DNA from: Rebecca billardiae RCC1528
Taxonomy: Eukaryota > Protista > Haptophyta
DNA: 64,000 bases
Direction of reading: 5' to 3'
Assembly (NCBI GenBank): GCA_965240325.2
Contig: OZ251250.1
Coordinates: 558,001-622,000 of the forward strand
Part shown: piece after piece, positions 1 through 12,880 of the stretch
Numbering within the stretch: position 1 is the first letter of the stretch
Layout: each line of letters begins with the position of its first letter
Made by a program: the position numbers and the translations under genes
The notes under the pieces: generated by a model
Told to the model about the DNA's origin: nothing
The model's database searches: none
What the model saw: only the letters and a program-made list of their open reading frames with translations

Positions 1-477
1 CTCTGCTTGTCGCCGCGGTGCTGTGGCAATCGCGGCGGTGGGTGCGGCGCGCGCGCCGGCCTCGGTGCGTGCGGCGCGCGCGAGGGCGGGGCAGGCGGCG
101 TGGGCGCACGGCCTCACAGCACCCGCACCGTGAGGACCACCTTGGGCATTGGCGCGCGAGCCCCCTCTGGGGCTCGCCGCCTCGCGGCGGGCGCCTTGCG
201 CTGCGGCGCATGCATTATCGGCCGGCGGCTTTTGCGGCCGGCATCCGGTGATTGGCCACTAGGCGCCGCCCCCGCGCACGCGGACAGAGCACACTGGCGG
301 ACTACTTGGCGAGCGCGATCCGGAAAGCGCGACGGCGCTCGACCGTCACGGCCCACTCAGATCTTGACGAGGCGGGCGTGCCGCCCAGCTTGTCCTTTCG
401 CGCGCGGGTGGACGCCGCGCGAGTGCTCGAGGCGTCGACGCGCCGATCGATCGCGGCGCGGCGCGCAGCGCGCAGCC

Positions 478-1318
478 ATGGAGCGCCGGTCGACACGCAG
501 TGACCCGGCGCCGGCGGGCGCAGGCTACAGGTGCGCGCGCGCCGCCCGCGAGCGCGCCGCGCGCCCCTCGTTGACGACGTGGCGCACGCGCCGCGCAAGC
601 CGGACCGCATCGCGCGGCAGCCGGACGCGCGGGCGCGCGATGGCCCCGCACGCGTGTGCCGTGGCCCACCGGCCGGTGTGCGCGCGCCACTCACGTGCGC
701 TGCTACGCCCGCGGCCGCCGCGCGCGCGCCGCTTTGCCCCGGCTGTCGTGATCCGCCGCGCCGGCGCGCGCAGCCTGCGCTCAGCCGGGAAGCGCCCAAT
801 GCCGCCGGCCGAGCTGCCCGCGGCAGGGCCGAAGCGGTGTGCGCCGACACGCTGCTCGCGCGCCGCGCCGCGCCGCGCACGCCGGCTCGCGCGCCGGCGC
901 GGCCGGCGCGCGGCGGTGGGCGCGCATGCGCGCGGCCTGCTGCCGGCGCGCCGCTGAGCCGTGCCTTGCCGCGCCGCGCGCGCGCGCACGCCGCGCCGCG
1001 CCGCGCCTCCGCCCGCCGCCGCGCAGGTCGAAGCGGCCCGTGCCCACGCCGCGCGGCAAGATGGCCGCCACGCCGCCGCCGCCGCTGCCTCCCAAGAGCG
1101 CTCCCAGCGCGTCGCTGCCACCGACGCAGCCGCCGCCGCCGCGCGCCGCGGCCGCAGACGGCGGCGGCAGCGGCGGCGGCGGCAGCGGCGCGGCGCGGGG
1201 CCTCCCGCCCGCCCACGAGCTCCCGCCCGAGCTGCGCGCGCACCTGCCTGCGCTCGACGCCGCGCTCGCGGCGGTGGGCAGCTCGGTGGCGGAGGTGACT
1301 GGCGGCGGCAGCAGACTC

Positions 1319-1349
<31 letters not shown>

Positions 1350-2259
1350 GCGGCGGGAGCAGCAGCGGCGGCGGCGGCGGCAGTGGCAGTGGCGCGGGCG
1401 GCTCGACGCTGCACTCGCTCCTCCGCCGCCTCTCCGCCGTCGAGCCCTCCCTCCTCGCCGCCTCCCAGGTGCCGCCGCCCGCAGCCCTCGAGGCGCTTCT
1501 GGAGGCGACGGGCGCCGGCGGCGGCGGCGGCGGGAGCGGGAGCGGCGGCGGCTCGGGCGGGCGGCTCGGCCTCGCCGACGCGGCCGCGTTCCCGCCCTTT
1601 GGCGCCGCCGCCGGCGGCGGCCACTTCCGCCAGCTGCTCCCACGCCTCCGCGCGTCCGGCGACGAGTCCGTTCAGCTCGCCGCCCTCACGGAGCTGTGCG
1701 ACCGGCTGGCGATGGCGACAGAGGACACGCTGCTCGTGGGCGGGATGAGCGTGGAGGAGTACGCGCCGGCGCTCGTCGCGCTGCTCAAGGCGCCGCACTC
1801 CGCCTCGCTCATGCTCCTCGCCTCCCGCGCCATCTGCCACCTCGTCGACCTCGTGCCGTCGGCGACGTCCGCGCTCGTGCAGGTCGGCGCGGCGAGCACG
1901 CTTTGCGAGCGGCTGCTGTGCGCAGAGTACATCGACCTGGCGGAGGAGGTGCTCGGCGCGCTGCGCAAGCTGTCGACCGAGCACGGCGGCACCGTCCTCC
2001 GCGCGGGCGGCATGCTCGCCGCCCTCCAGTTCGTCGACTTTTACACGTCGGGCGCGCAGCGGGTCGCCGTCTCGACCGCGGCCGCTCTGTGCTCGGCTGT
2101 GACACCGGCGACGGTCGGGCTGGCTGCGGAGGCGGCGCCGACGCTGTGCCGGCTGACCGCCGCGGCGGACGGGAAGGTGCTCGAGTCGGCGGTCAACGGC
2201 TGCGCGCGCCTCGTCGCGTGCCACGCGGGCGCGATCCGCGCGGCGCGCGCGAGCGCCGC

Positions 2260-2295
<36 letters not shown>

Positions 2296-3942
2296 AGCGC
2301 TTGCCGCCGAGCGCGCGGCGGCCGCGGCGGACGCGGACGCGCAGCTGCGCGCGCTCGCGGCGCACGGGCTCCTCGTGAACCTGAGCACGCTGCTCGGCGC
2401 GCGCGCGCCGCCCAGCTCCGCCGCCGCCGCGGCCACCCGCGCCGCCGGCCTCCCGCCCGTGAGCGACGCCACCTTCACCGCGGTGGTTTCGACTCTCGCA
2501 ACCGCGGCAGGCGCCGTCCCTGCGCTCACCTCCGACCTGCATACGCTCGGGATCGCGGGCACGCTGCGCCAGGTGCTGGCGCCGGTGGCGTGCCTCGCCG
2601 AGCCGCCGCAGCACCACGCCGCCGCGCCCGCCGGGCCGACCGCCGCCGTGCCGGGCGGCGGCGGCGCCGAGCGCGGCGGCGGCGGCGGCGGCGGCGGCGC
2701 GGGCGCTGAGGGTGAGGGTGGCATGGGTGCCGCCGCGGCGGCGCATGGTCCGCAGCTGGACGCGTCCGCGGTGGCGACGCCCTCGCGCCTCAGCGCGGAC
2801 AGCCTGCACCACCTGCTCCGCCTCTGCGCCAAGCTGCTCCCGCGCGTCCCCGTCCCGTCCGTCGCAGCGATGCAGGACGCGGCCGCGCGCGCGGCGCCGG
2901 CGCTACCTGACGCGGCCGCGGCGTCGGCGGCGGCGGCGGCGGGCGGCGGCGGCGGTGGCGGCGGCGGCGGCAGGGCGCAGGGCGCGACGCCCGCCGCGGC
3001 GACGCGCGCGCGCGCGCCGCGCAAGCGCGGCCGTGGCGCCGCCGCCGCCGCCGCCGCCGCAGCACCCGCCGAGCCGCAGCCGCCGCCGCCGGCACCGCCG
3101 CCGAGCGCGTCTGCGGGCGCGGCCGGCGCCGGTGCCGGCGGCGGCGGCGGCGCGCTGGCCGCCGCGCCGGCGGCGGCCGTCGACCCCGACGCGCCGTCCG
3201 TCGACGTGCTCCTGGACTTCTCCGTGCAGCTCCTCCCGCTCCTCCTCCACGTGCACGACGCCATCCTCCAGCCCGCCGTGCGCGCGCGCTGCGTCGCCGT
3301 GCTGCGCGCGGCCGCCGCGCTGCTGCCTCCGGCCGGTCTCTCAGCGCTATGCCTCACGGAGTGCTCGGAGCTGAACGTGGCGCTGTTCGTCTCGCGGCTG
3401 CTCGCGCGCGCGCCCGCGCCCGCGGGCTCGGCCGGCGCGCACCACCACGCGCCGCCGCCGCCGCCGCCGCGCGGCGCCACGTTCGCGCCGCCGCCGCTGC
3501 CGCCGTCCGCTCGGCTGAGCGGCGGCGGCGGCGGCGGCGGCGCGCCGGGCGGCGCGGCCGCGGCGGCGTCGGAGCGCGATGCGACGACGCTCGCGCTGTG
3601 CGTGGTGGCCGACTTGCTGCTCAAGCTGCCCGGGCCGTTCGCGCGCGCGTGCCTGCGCGAGGGCGTCGCGCGGCAGCTGCTCCGCCTCGCGGGCGACGCG
3701 GCCGGCGGCGGCGGCGCGCTCGGCGGCGGCGGCGGCACCGCCGCTGCCGCCGGCTCGGGGGCGGCAGGGGCGGCGGCGGACGGCGGCGGCGTGGGCGCGC
3801 GCGCCGCAGCGGTCTGGGCGCTGTACGCGCGGTGCTGGCGCGCGCACTGCGCGCCCACTGGAGCGCGTGGCACGCCGTCGCCGACCGCGCCCGCGCCCGC
3901 GCACCCGAGTGGCAGCGTGCGCAGCTCCAAGGCCGCGGCCGC

Positions 3943-3976
<34 letters not shown>

Positions 3977-5320
3977 ATGCGCGGCGGCGGCGTGGCGGAG
4001 TCGGCGGCGGCGACGCCGGCGGCGCTCGCCCCGCTGCTCGAGAGCGCGCGGCTGTGCGAGCTGCGCGCGCTCGCGCGCGAGCTCAACGACGCGAGCGCCA
4101 ACGCCACCGCCGCCGCCGCCCACGCGGGCGGCGGCGCGGGCCGGCTCTCTCCGTGCGGCGGCGGCGGCGGCGGCGTCGCTGTTTCGTCAAAGCCACTCGT
4201 CCCGACGCCCCCGTCGGCGGCTGCGGCGATCATGCCCGCGGACTCGGCGGCACTGACGGAGCTGCGGCCGTTCCTGCCGCCCGAGTGCGCCGCGCTCGCG
4301 CCGTACTGCGTGGACGCCCCGCCGCCCACGCTCTCCGCCGGCGGCGGCGGCGGCGCGGCGCGCGCCGCCGACGGCGGCGGCGGCGGCACGCACGGTGGCG
4401 GGCCGTGCGCGCGCGCCGACCTTGCGGGGCTACGCCGGCTCGCGGCGATGCTGAGTGACGAGACGGGCGTCACGACGTACGAGCTCGTCAGCTCAGGCGT
4501 CGTCGGTGCCCTCGTCCGCTGGCTCGCGCCGCCCGCTGCCGCTGCCGCGGCGGCGGCGGGCGCGGCGGGCGCGGCGGCAGGGCCGCGCGGCGGCGGCGGC
4601 GGCGGCGGCAAGGAGGCGCGCTCGGCCTCTCCGTCCCCGCAGCCGCCCGCAGCCGCCGCCGTGCCGCCGTCGGTGGTGCGCGCACGCCGACTCGAGCTCT
4701 GGGAGTGCCTGCACGCCCCGCCGCCGATCGCCGCGCACGCCGAGCCGGCGGCGGCGGCGGCGCCGGGCGTCGGCGCGCCTTTGGCGCCCGCGCGCCTGCC
4801 GGCTGCGCACGCGCTCGCGGTGCGGTTGCAGGATGCATTGTCCGGTGCGGAGCAGCTGCCGGTGGTTGCGTGCGCGCCCGGCGCGGCCGCCGCGGCCGCC
4901 GCCGGGGACGCGACGGGCCTCGGCGGCGGCGGCGGCGCATACGGCGCCGACGGCGGCGCTGACCAAGCCTCTCTCGCCCTGCGGCTCTTCACACAGCCGA
5001 TTAAATTGCGGATTGTACGCGCCGCGCCCGCCGGCGCCGACGGCGGCGCGGGCTCGGGCTCGGCTGCGGCGCGCGCCGGGCTCGGCGCGGGCTCGGACCT
5101 CCTCCTCGGCGGCGGCGGCGGCGGCGGCGCCGAGCACACCACCACCGCACTCATCGAGCCGCTGGCGTCCGTGCGGGCAATCGCCGACTTTGTTCACCGA
5201 CACCTGCCGCCGCCGCCCGCGGCGGCGGCGCCGCCGGTGCCGGCCGCGCGCGGCGCAGCGTGCGCGAGCGGCGGTGGCGGCGGTGGCGGCAGCGGCGCGG
5301 CGGCTGGCGCGACGCGCAAG

Positions 5321-5358
<38 letters not shown>

Positions 5359-5884
5359 GGCAGGCGGCGGGCGGGTTGCAGGGGGCGGCGGCGAGGGCGG
5401 TGGCGGTGGCAGCGCGCGCGGCGCGCCGCCCGCGGCACCGCCGCCGCCCGCCGCAGGCGGCAGCTCGGGCAAGGCCCCGGCGACGCAGCCACCGCCACCG
5501 CCCTCGCCGCCGCGCACTCGGCGGCAGCAGCGCGCGGCGGCGGCGGCGGCGGCGCGCCCGGCGGCGGGCGGCGGCAGCACCGCGCGCGGCGGCGGCTCTC
5601 GCGCGCGCGCGGCGGCAGCCGGCGCCGCCGGCGGCACCGCGGCGCGCGGCGCGCGCGGCGCGCGCGGCGGCGCGGCGCGCGGTGCCGCCGCACCGTCTGC
5701 GGACGCGCTGGCGGAGGCGGCGAGCGCGGCGGCGCGGCGCGCGCTCGCCGAGGCCGACCCGGACGAAGATGAGTACAGGGACGGTTACGCCGACGGTTAC
5801 GCCGGCGGTTACGCGGACGGCGGCGCGGGCTTCGCCGACGGCCTGCGCCTCGGCCGCGCCGCGGGCGGGCTGCTCGGCAGCGCG

Positions 5885-5930
<46 letters not shown>

Positions 5931-8900
5931 CCGACGACGACGACGATGACGACGACGACAGCGGCCTCCCCCGCTTCCACGATGGCGGCGGCGGCGGCGG
6001 GCGGTACGGGCGCTTCTCTCTCTCGCTCGGCGGCGGCGCCGCCGCCGCCGCGGGCGGCGCCGCCCCCGACGTCCTCGCGGCCGTCTCGCGCCGCGGCCGC
6101 GCGGATGGCGGCGCGTTTGGCGGCGGCGGCGGCGGCGCGCCTTCGGAGCCGCCGGCGCGCGCCGCGCCGCCCGCGGGCGGCGGCGGCGGTGGGCGCGCGG
6201 CGGGCGTCGACGCGTCGGGGGTGCACACGGTCGAGCCTGGCGAGCGCGAGCTCGCGCTCCTCGCGCCGTCGGCCGCGGGCTCGGAGCCGCCGTCCAGCGC
6301 GCCAGCGCCAGCGCCCGGCGGCGGCGCTGGCGGCGGCGGCGGCGGCAACTCTGGTGGCGGCGGCGGCGCGGCGGCCTCGATCGCTCTGGTTCTGAATGGG
6401 CGCACGCTGCCGCATGACCTCTCGATCTTCCGCGCGGTGTGCCTGTACGGCCGCGCCGAGCTGCGCCCGCTGCTGTGCCTCGAGGCCGACTCGGAGGCGG
6501 GCGGCGGCGGCGGCGGCGACGGTGGCGGCGGGAGCGGCGGCGGCGCGGCGGCGGGCGGCGGCGCGGGCGCGGCGGCGCACGCGCCCGCGCCGGCGTATGT
6601 GACTCCCGCCGAGCGCGCGCGCGCGTACACACGGCTGTGGCATGCCACCTACTCTCTTACGTACATGCACGTGAACGCCGCGCCGCCGCCGCCCGCCGGC
6701 GTCGCGCCGTCGCCACCGCCGGCCGCGCCGCCGCCGCCGGCCGGCGGCGGTGGCGGCGGCGGTGGCGGCGGCGGCGGTGGCAGGCGCGCGGGCCGCGGCG
6801 GCGGCGCGGGCGACGCTGGCGCGGCCGCCGGCGCCGACGGCCCCAACGCCGCGGCCGGCGCGGCCGCGGACGAGCTCGGCGGGGCGCTCGCGCAGGTGGG
6901 CGCGCTCGCGGGCACGTGGGGGCTCTCGGCCGAGGCGGCCGAGGCGCTGCAGCTGCTGCAGCTGCTTCAGGCGCTGGAGGTGGAGGGAGGGCGTGCGCGC
7001 GCGCTCGAGGGGCTCGGGCTCGGCGCGGTGGTGGCGAGCGCCGCCGCGGCACCGACGGCGGCGGCGGGCGGCGGCGCGAGCGGCGGCGGCGGCGGCGGCA
7101 CCGGCGGTGAGACGGGCGGCGGCGCGCTGCAGCTGGCCGCCGCCGGCGGCGGCTGCGGCGGCGGCGGCGGCGGCGGCGGCGCGCCTCTCTCGGCCGCAAG
7201 CGCGCGCGGGGCGCTCGCTGCCGCGGCGGCGCGGCCGCTGCCCGCCGCGACGCTTGTGTCTTCGCAGCTCACGGCGAAGCTGTCGCGCGCGCTGCTCGAC
7301 CCGCTCGCACTGTGCGCGCACGCGCTGCCGCAGTGGGCGCGCGTCCTCCCGCGCGCGGCGCCGTTCCTCTTTCCGTTCGAGCTGCGCCGACACAACCTGC
7401 GGTGCACGGCGCTCGGCGCGACGCGAGCGCTCCAGCGCGTGCACGCGGTGCTGAGCGCGGACGACGGCGGCGCGCAGGCGGCGGGCGGCGGCGGCGGCGG
7501 CGCACACGCCGCGCACGGCCGCGCGGACGCCGCCGCCGCCGGCCTCGGCGCGCCGCGCGCCGGACTCGCCGGACTCGACGCGACGAAACTCTCGCGGCTG
7601 CCGCGCGAGAAGGTTCGCGTCTTCCGCGAGAACCTTCTCGCGTCGGCGGCGCGGCTGATGGCGCAGTACGCGCCGTCGCGCGGGATTCTGGAGGTGGAGT
7701 TCGCCGGCGAGGCGGGCACCGGGCTCGGCCCCACGCTTGAGTTCTACTCGCTCGTCAGCCAGGAGCTCCGCTGCGCGGCGGGCGTGTGGCGCGCGGACGG
7801 CGGCGGCGCGGACGGCTTGGACGGCGGCGGGCCGGAGGCGCTGAAGAGAGGCGTGAGCGGCGGCGGCGCGGCGGGCGGCGCGGGCGCGGACGCACACATG
7901 GCCGACGCGCCCGGCGGCGCGGCGTCCGACGGCGCGTCCGCCGCCGCCGCGACCTCGCAGGTCCGCGCCGCCGCGCCGCCGCCCGCCGCGCCGCCGCCGC
8001 CGCCGCCACTGGGGCCCAGGCAGCTTTTCCCGCGCCCGCTCTCGCCGGGGGACGGCGCGGGCGCGGCGCGCGCGCAGCTCGTGTTCACGCTGCTCGGCCG
8101 CTTCGTCGCGAAGGCTGTGCTCGACGACCGGCTGGTCGACCTGCCGCTCACCGCCGCCTTCTATCGAGTGGCGCTGCGCCGCGCCGACGTCGGTGCGCGG
8201 CGGCGGCGCGGCGCGCGCTCGCGCCGCGCGCCGCCGCGCCGCGCGCGCACCGCCGCCGCCAACGCCGCCGCCTCTGCGCGCGCCGCCGCGCCGCGCCGCG
8301 CCGCGACACCGCTCATCCGAGCCCGCAACCCACGCCGCACCCCGCGCGCCCCCGCGCCGCAGGGCTGCGCGACGTCGCCGAGCTCGACCCGCAGCTCGCG
8401 CGCACGCTCGCAAGACTCGCGGCGCTCGGCGCGCGCGCGCGCGCGCTGCTCGCCGCTGGCCTGTCGGCGGAGGCGGTGGAGGCGGGGGTTACGCTGGACG
8501 GCGTGCGCGTGGCGGAGCTCGGCCTCGACTGGACGCTGCCCGGCTTCGCGGACATCGAGCTCTGCGAGGGCGGCGCCGAGCTGGTGCGCGCCTTTGCATT
8601 CGTGTGCAAACGCTCGCGCGTGTGCTCTGCGCCGCGCGCGTGTGCTCTGTCCTGCGTGCGTGTGTGCCATCGCTGCACCGCGGGTGTTGCCGCGTGTGTG
8701 TGCCGTGGCGATGACGACAGCGCATGCACATTCGCTTCGAGCCTTCCAAGGCGCCCCGCCGCCTCTCTCCGGGGCGCGGGGCGCGGTGCGGTCAGCATTG
8801 CGCGGGGTCTCTGAGCCACGCACGCGCGCGGCACCGCGCGGCGGTGTGCGCGGCGTGTGCGTGCGCGGCGTGTGCATGCGCGGCGTGTGCGTGCGCGGCG

Positions 8901-10232
8901 TGTGCGTGCGCGGCGTGTGCGTGCGACCGCGGGTGGGGACCCCGTTGGCGCTGGCTGCTTTGATATTGGTTTTGTTCGGTTTTTTGGGTCGCTTTTCTAT
9001 GATTCTTTTCACCTTGAATTCCGACAGGCTGCTCCCCGCATGCACGCGCGGCGAGGCCCACCCTAGCCGGCCGTTTGCCCGCGACCTGTGCTACACGCCA
9101 CACGCACGACACGCGCACAACACGCACGCGCACGCACACACGCACACGCGCCGCCACAACTCAGCCGCGCACCCGCGCACACCGCTCGCCGCGCGCGCCG
9201 CGCGCCGTGCGCCGCGCGCCGCGCCTCAGTGCGTGGGCGCTCTGCAGCTGGAGAGCTACGTCGCGGCGGTGGTGCGCACGACGCTCATCCACGCCGTCGC
9301 GCTGCCCTTCGCCGCGTTCCGCCAGGGCTTCGAGGAGGTGCGAGCCGCGCCGCGCGCGCCCGCCGCCGCCGGTGGCGCGGTGAAGCAAGCTCACCACACG
9401 GCGCGCGCGCGGAGGGAGGCGCGGCGCGCCGGGCGGGCGCGGCGGCCGCGGCCGCGGCGCGGCGCTCGGCGCACGGCGCCCGCTCAGCACGAGCCCCCCG
9501 CCCGCCGCGCGCGCGCCAACCTCGCAGGTGCTGCCGCTGCACCACCTCCGCGCGTTCAGCGAGGCGGAGCTCGACGTGCTGCTGAATGGACAGCAGGTGC
9601 GCCCACCGCGGCACCCGCGCGCCCACTGCGGCACCCGCGCGCCCACTGCGGCACCCGCGCCCACCGCGGCACTCCTGTCCGCTGCGGCACCCGCCGCCCC
9701 ACCGCCGGCGGCGCCGCGGCCGCGGCGCCGCGGCCGCGCGCGCTCGACGCCTGCGCTCACCGCGCCCCGTGCCCACCTCACCCCGCCCGCGCCGCCACAC
9801 GCGCCCGCGCGCACACTCGCGCGTGCGTGCACACGCGACGCGCGCGCCGACGCGCCGTGCGCGCAGGAGCGGTGGGCGCGCGAGTGCGTGCTCGAGGCGC
9901 TGCGCTTCGACCACGGGTACACGCGCGACTCGCAGGCCGTCGGGTACCTCGTCGAGGTCCTCTGCGAGATGTGCGCCGCCGAGCAGGCGGCTTTCCTCCG
10001 CTTCGTCACCGGCTCGCCGCGGCTTCCGGTCGGAGGGCTCGCGCGGCTCTCCCCGCCGCTCACGATTGTTCAGAAGCGGCCGGAAGGTTCTGAGTCCGCA
10101 GACGCGTATCTGCCGTCGGTGATGACGTGCGCGAACTACCTCAAGCTGCCCGAGTACTCGTCGAAGCAGCTGATGCGCACGCGGCTGCTCACGGCGTGCG
10201 AGGAGGGGCAGGGCAGCTTCCTCCTGTCGTGA
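478..10232 (+). CDS. HECT E3 ubiquitin ligase, UPL3/TRIP12/Ufd4 family (ARM repeats + HECT), about 2660 aa, 6 exons
   Basis: Exons inferred from GT/AG sites with consistent phase: 478-530, 1027-8192, 8363-8583, 9230-9337, 9528-9596, 9867-10232. ARM region 'QLAALTELCDRLAMATED...LLCAEYIDLAEEVL'. HECT motifs 'LEVEFAGEAGTGLGPTLEFY', 'FLRFVTGSPRLPVGG' and catalytic 'LPSVMTCANYLKLPEYSS'. Confidence 0.95.
8851..8925 (+). repeat. Intronic 15-bp tandem repeat (CGGCGTGTGCGTGCG, about 5 copies)
   Basis: Directly visible in HECT intron 3. Confidence 0.85.
9600..9700 (+). repeat. Intronic ~20-bp minisatellite (GCCCACYGCGGCACCCGCGC)
   Basis: About 4 tandem units in HECT intron 5. A related array lies at 61205-61395. 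Confidence 0.8.
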
Positions 10233-10782
10233 CGACCGCCGCGCGATGGCGGACCGATGGTGACGCACACGGCAGTCTGCAAGCTCAGCCGTCAGCGAGT
10301 AGCGACGACGTCAATAACTGTTGGCGCGCGCGGACGCGCGGCGGCGCCGGACGGCGTCACACGGGCCCGGCGGGTGGCGTGTGCGCCGATACTGTATACT
10401 CTGTATGTACTCTGCTGGCGAACGATTGCCATTGTATATATATATACTGTACGACGACGGTGACGATGATGGCGGATACACGACTGCGTCGAACCGTGAC
10501 CGTCTTGCTGACTTGCAGCGCGAGTCTTGCTCTGAAGCCTCAGCGCGAAATAAAAACTATAAAAAGGCGCCGCCCGCCTGGCAGCAAAATAAGCAGCAGA
10601 AGAAATCAAGCCGGCGGGAGCGCGGCCCGCCCGGACTCTCTGCACAAGCTCCTCCAAAGCGCGCCGGTCGAGACGCGTGGCACCCCTTCGCTGCTGCCGC
10701 GCTCATCAGCAGCAGCAGTCCGCCGCGCGCCGACGACGACAGCTCCCCCGACGCGCCGCGCCGCCAGCGTCACGACCGCGCG

Positions 10783-11273
10783 ATGCCGTCGGCGTCGGAG
10801 CTGCAGCGCGGGGCGCCGGGCGAGGGCGAGGCCGACCCCGCCGCCGGCGGCGCGAGCCCGCACCTCGGCCCCTCCGCCACGCGCTCCGAGCGCTCGGAGC
10901 CAGTAGTCGGTTCAGATCGCTATCTCGACCGCGCGTTCGAGTCGCTGCTCGGCGCCGCGCGGCTGGAGGCGTACCTGCCGCAGCTGCGCGCGCAGGGCGT
11001 GGAGTCGCTCGCGGACCTGCTCGTCATCCCCGACGACGAGCTCGCCGAGTTCCTCCGCGCCGAGGTCGGCATGAGCCGCTTCGAGGCGCCTCGACTCGTG
11101 TCAGCCGTGCAGCAGCGGCGCGCGGCCGACGCGGCGGTCGCGGACGTGCGCGCGCACCCGTCGCGCGGCGGCGGCCGCGGGCTGGGGAGCGGGTGGGAGG
11201 TCGTGCCCCGCCACCACCACGACCACCACGCGCAGCCGCCCACCATCCCCATCCACGGCGGCGGCGGCGGCTT

Positions 11274-11309
<36 letters not shown>

Positions 11310-12848
11310 GCCCACGCTTGCGCTGGGCTTCGGCGTGGACGGGCGGCCCGTGCTGCAGCCCGCGCTCGGCGGCGGCGGTGGCGATGGCGCCGGCGGTGGG
11401 TACATGCTCACGCCGTGGGGCCCGCTCGTCGGCCTCGGCGGCGCAGGCTACGCGCCGGGCGCGCAGCCGTATTTGCAGCCGCCGCAGCCGCCGCCGCCGC
11501 CGCCGCCGCCGCCGCGCGCCGAGCCGGAGGTGGAGGCGAGCGAGGAGGAAGGCTGGGCGGGCGGGCGCGCGCGCGGCGGGCGGGGCCGCGCGCCCGGCGC
11601 GGCGCGCGAGCCGCCGCGCAAGCAGCACGCCGCCGACGGCGGCGGCGAGACGTCCGCCGCGGCGATCGCGTGGCGCGTGCTTATTATTACGCTCGGCACA
11701 AATGTCATTATTTTATACTCATGGAGCGTGCGCGACCTGCGCCCGCTCGCGCTGTGGATCGCGCTGCTGCTCGCCGCGCTGCTCTCGGCGGGCGCGGGCG
11801 GCGGCGCCGGCGCCGCCGACGCCTCGCGCGAGCGCAGGCGCGAGCGCGGAGGGCTGCTCGGCGCGCTGCTTGCCCTTGGGGACTCGGTGGCGTGGGCTGT
11901 GCGCACGCTGGCGCGCGCCGCGCTACTGTGCGCGCTGGTGTGGGTGCTGATCGCGGCGGTGCAGCCGCCGCCGCCCGCGCCGCCGGCGCCGCCGCTGCCG
12001 CAGCCGGGCGCGCAGCCGCACCCCGCCGCCGGCGCGGACGCGCCCCAGCCGCCGCCGCCGCCGCCGCCGCCCCCTCCGCCCGCAGGGCGCTCGCTAGCCG
12101 AGCAGCTGGCGAATTTCGAGTTTCGCGAGCTTGACCTCGACGCGTGGCTGGGGCTGGGCTCGGCGGGGGGCGCGCCGAGCGCGGCGGCGGCCGGCGGGGC
12201 CGGCGCGGACGGCGGCGGTGGCGGGGAGCGCGCGGCAGCCGCGGGCGGCGCCGCCGACACGCCGCCGGGGCCCGCCGCCGACGCGGCCGCCGACGCGGGC
12301 GGTGGCGCGTGCGCCGCGGATGCGGCGTCGGGCGCGTGCGAGGCCGAGGCGGCCGCCGAGCCGTGGTCCGACGCGCAGCGGCGCGCGGCAGCGAGCGCGC
12401 TCGAGGCCGGCGCGGCGCGCAAGGACGCCGGCGTCGCGCTGTACACCGCCGGCGACTTTGGCGGAGCGTTTGACGAATTCGGCGCGGCACTCGACGCTCT
12501 CGCGGCTGCGGTGCCGCCGAGCGCGCCGGAGGGCGCGGTGGCGCGCACCCCGGCGCAGGCGGCGGTGCCGCCGGACACGGCCGCGGCGGCGCGCGCGCTG
12601 CGCCTGGCCCTCCACCTCAACGCGGCGCGCGCCGCCCTCTCCGCCGACTCGCCCCTCGACGCCGTGGCCTCGGCGACGAAAGCGCTTCGACTGGAGCCGG
12701 GCTCGCAGAAGGGCCTGTACCGGCGCGCGCAGGCGCACACGGCGCTCGGCCAGCGCGAGATTGCAATCTCCGACCTCGAGGCGCTACTGGGCCGCTACCC
12801 GGATAACGGCCCGGCGGAGGCGCTGCTCGCGCAGCTGCGGATCGACGG

Positions 12849-12880
<32 letters not shown>

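Noticed and set aside
302-8413. Long antisense and alternative-frame Arg/Ala/Pro-rich ORFs (also opposite the TPR and kinesin genes)
   Set aside because: Shadows caused by stop-codon scarcity in very GC-rich DNA. No domain motifs.
839-10093. 3084-aa single ORF as the true HECT protein
   Set aside because: It reads through GC-rich introns and leaves the HECT frame after 8192. The spliced model restores the conserved motifs.
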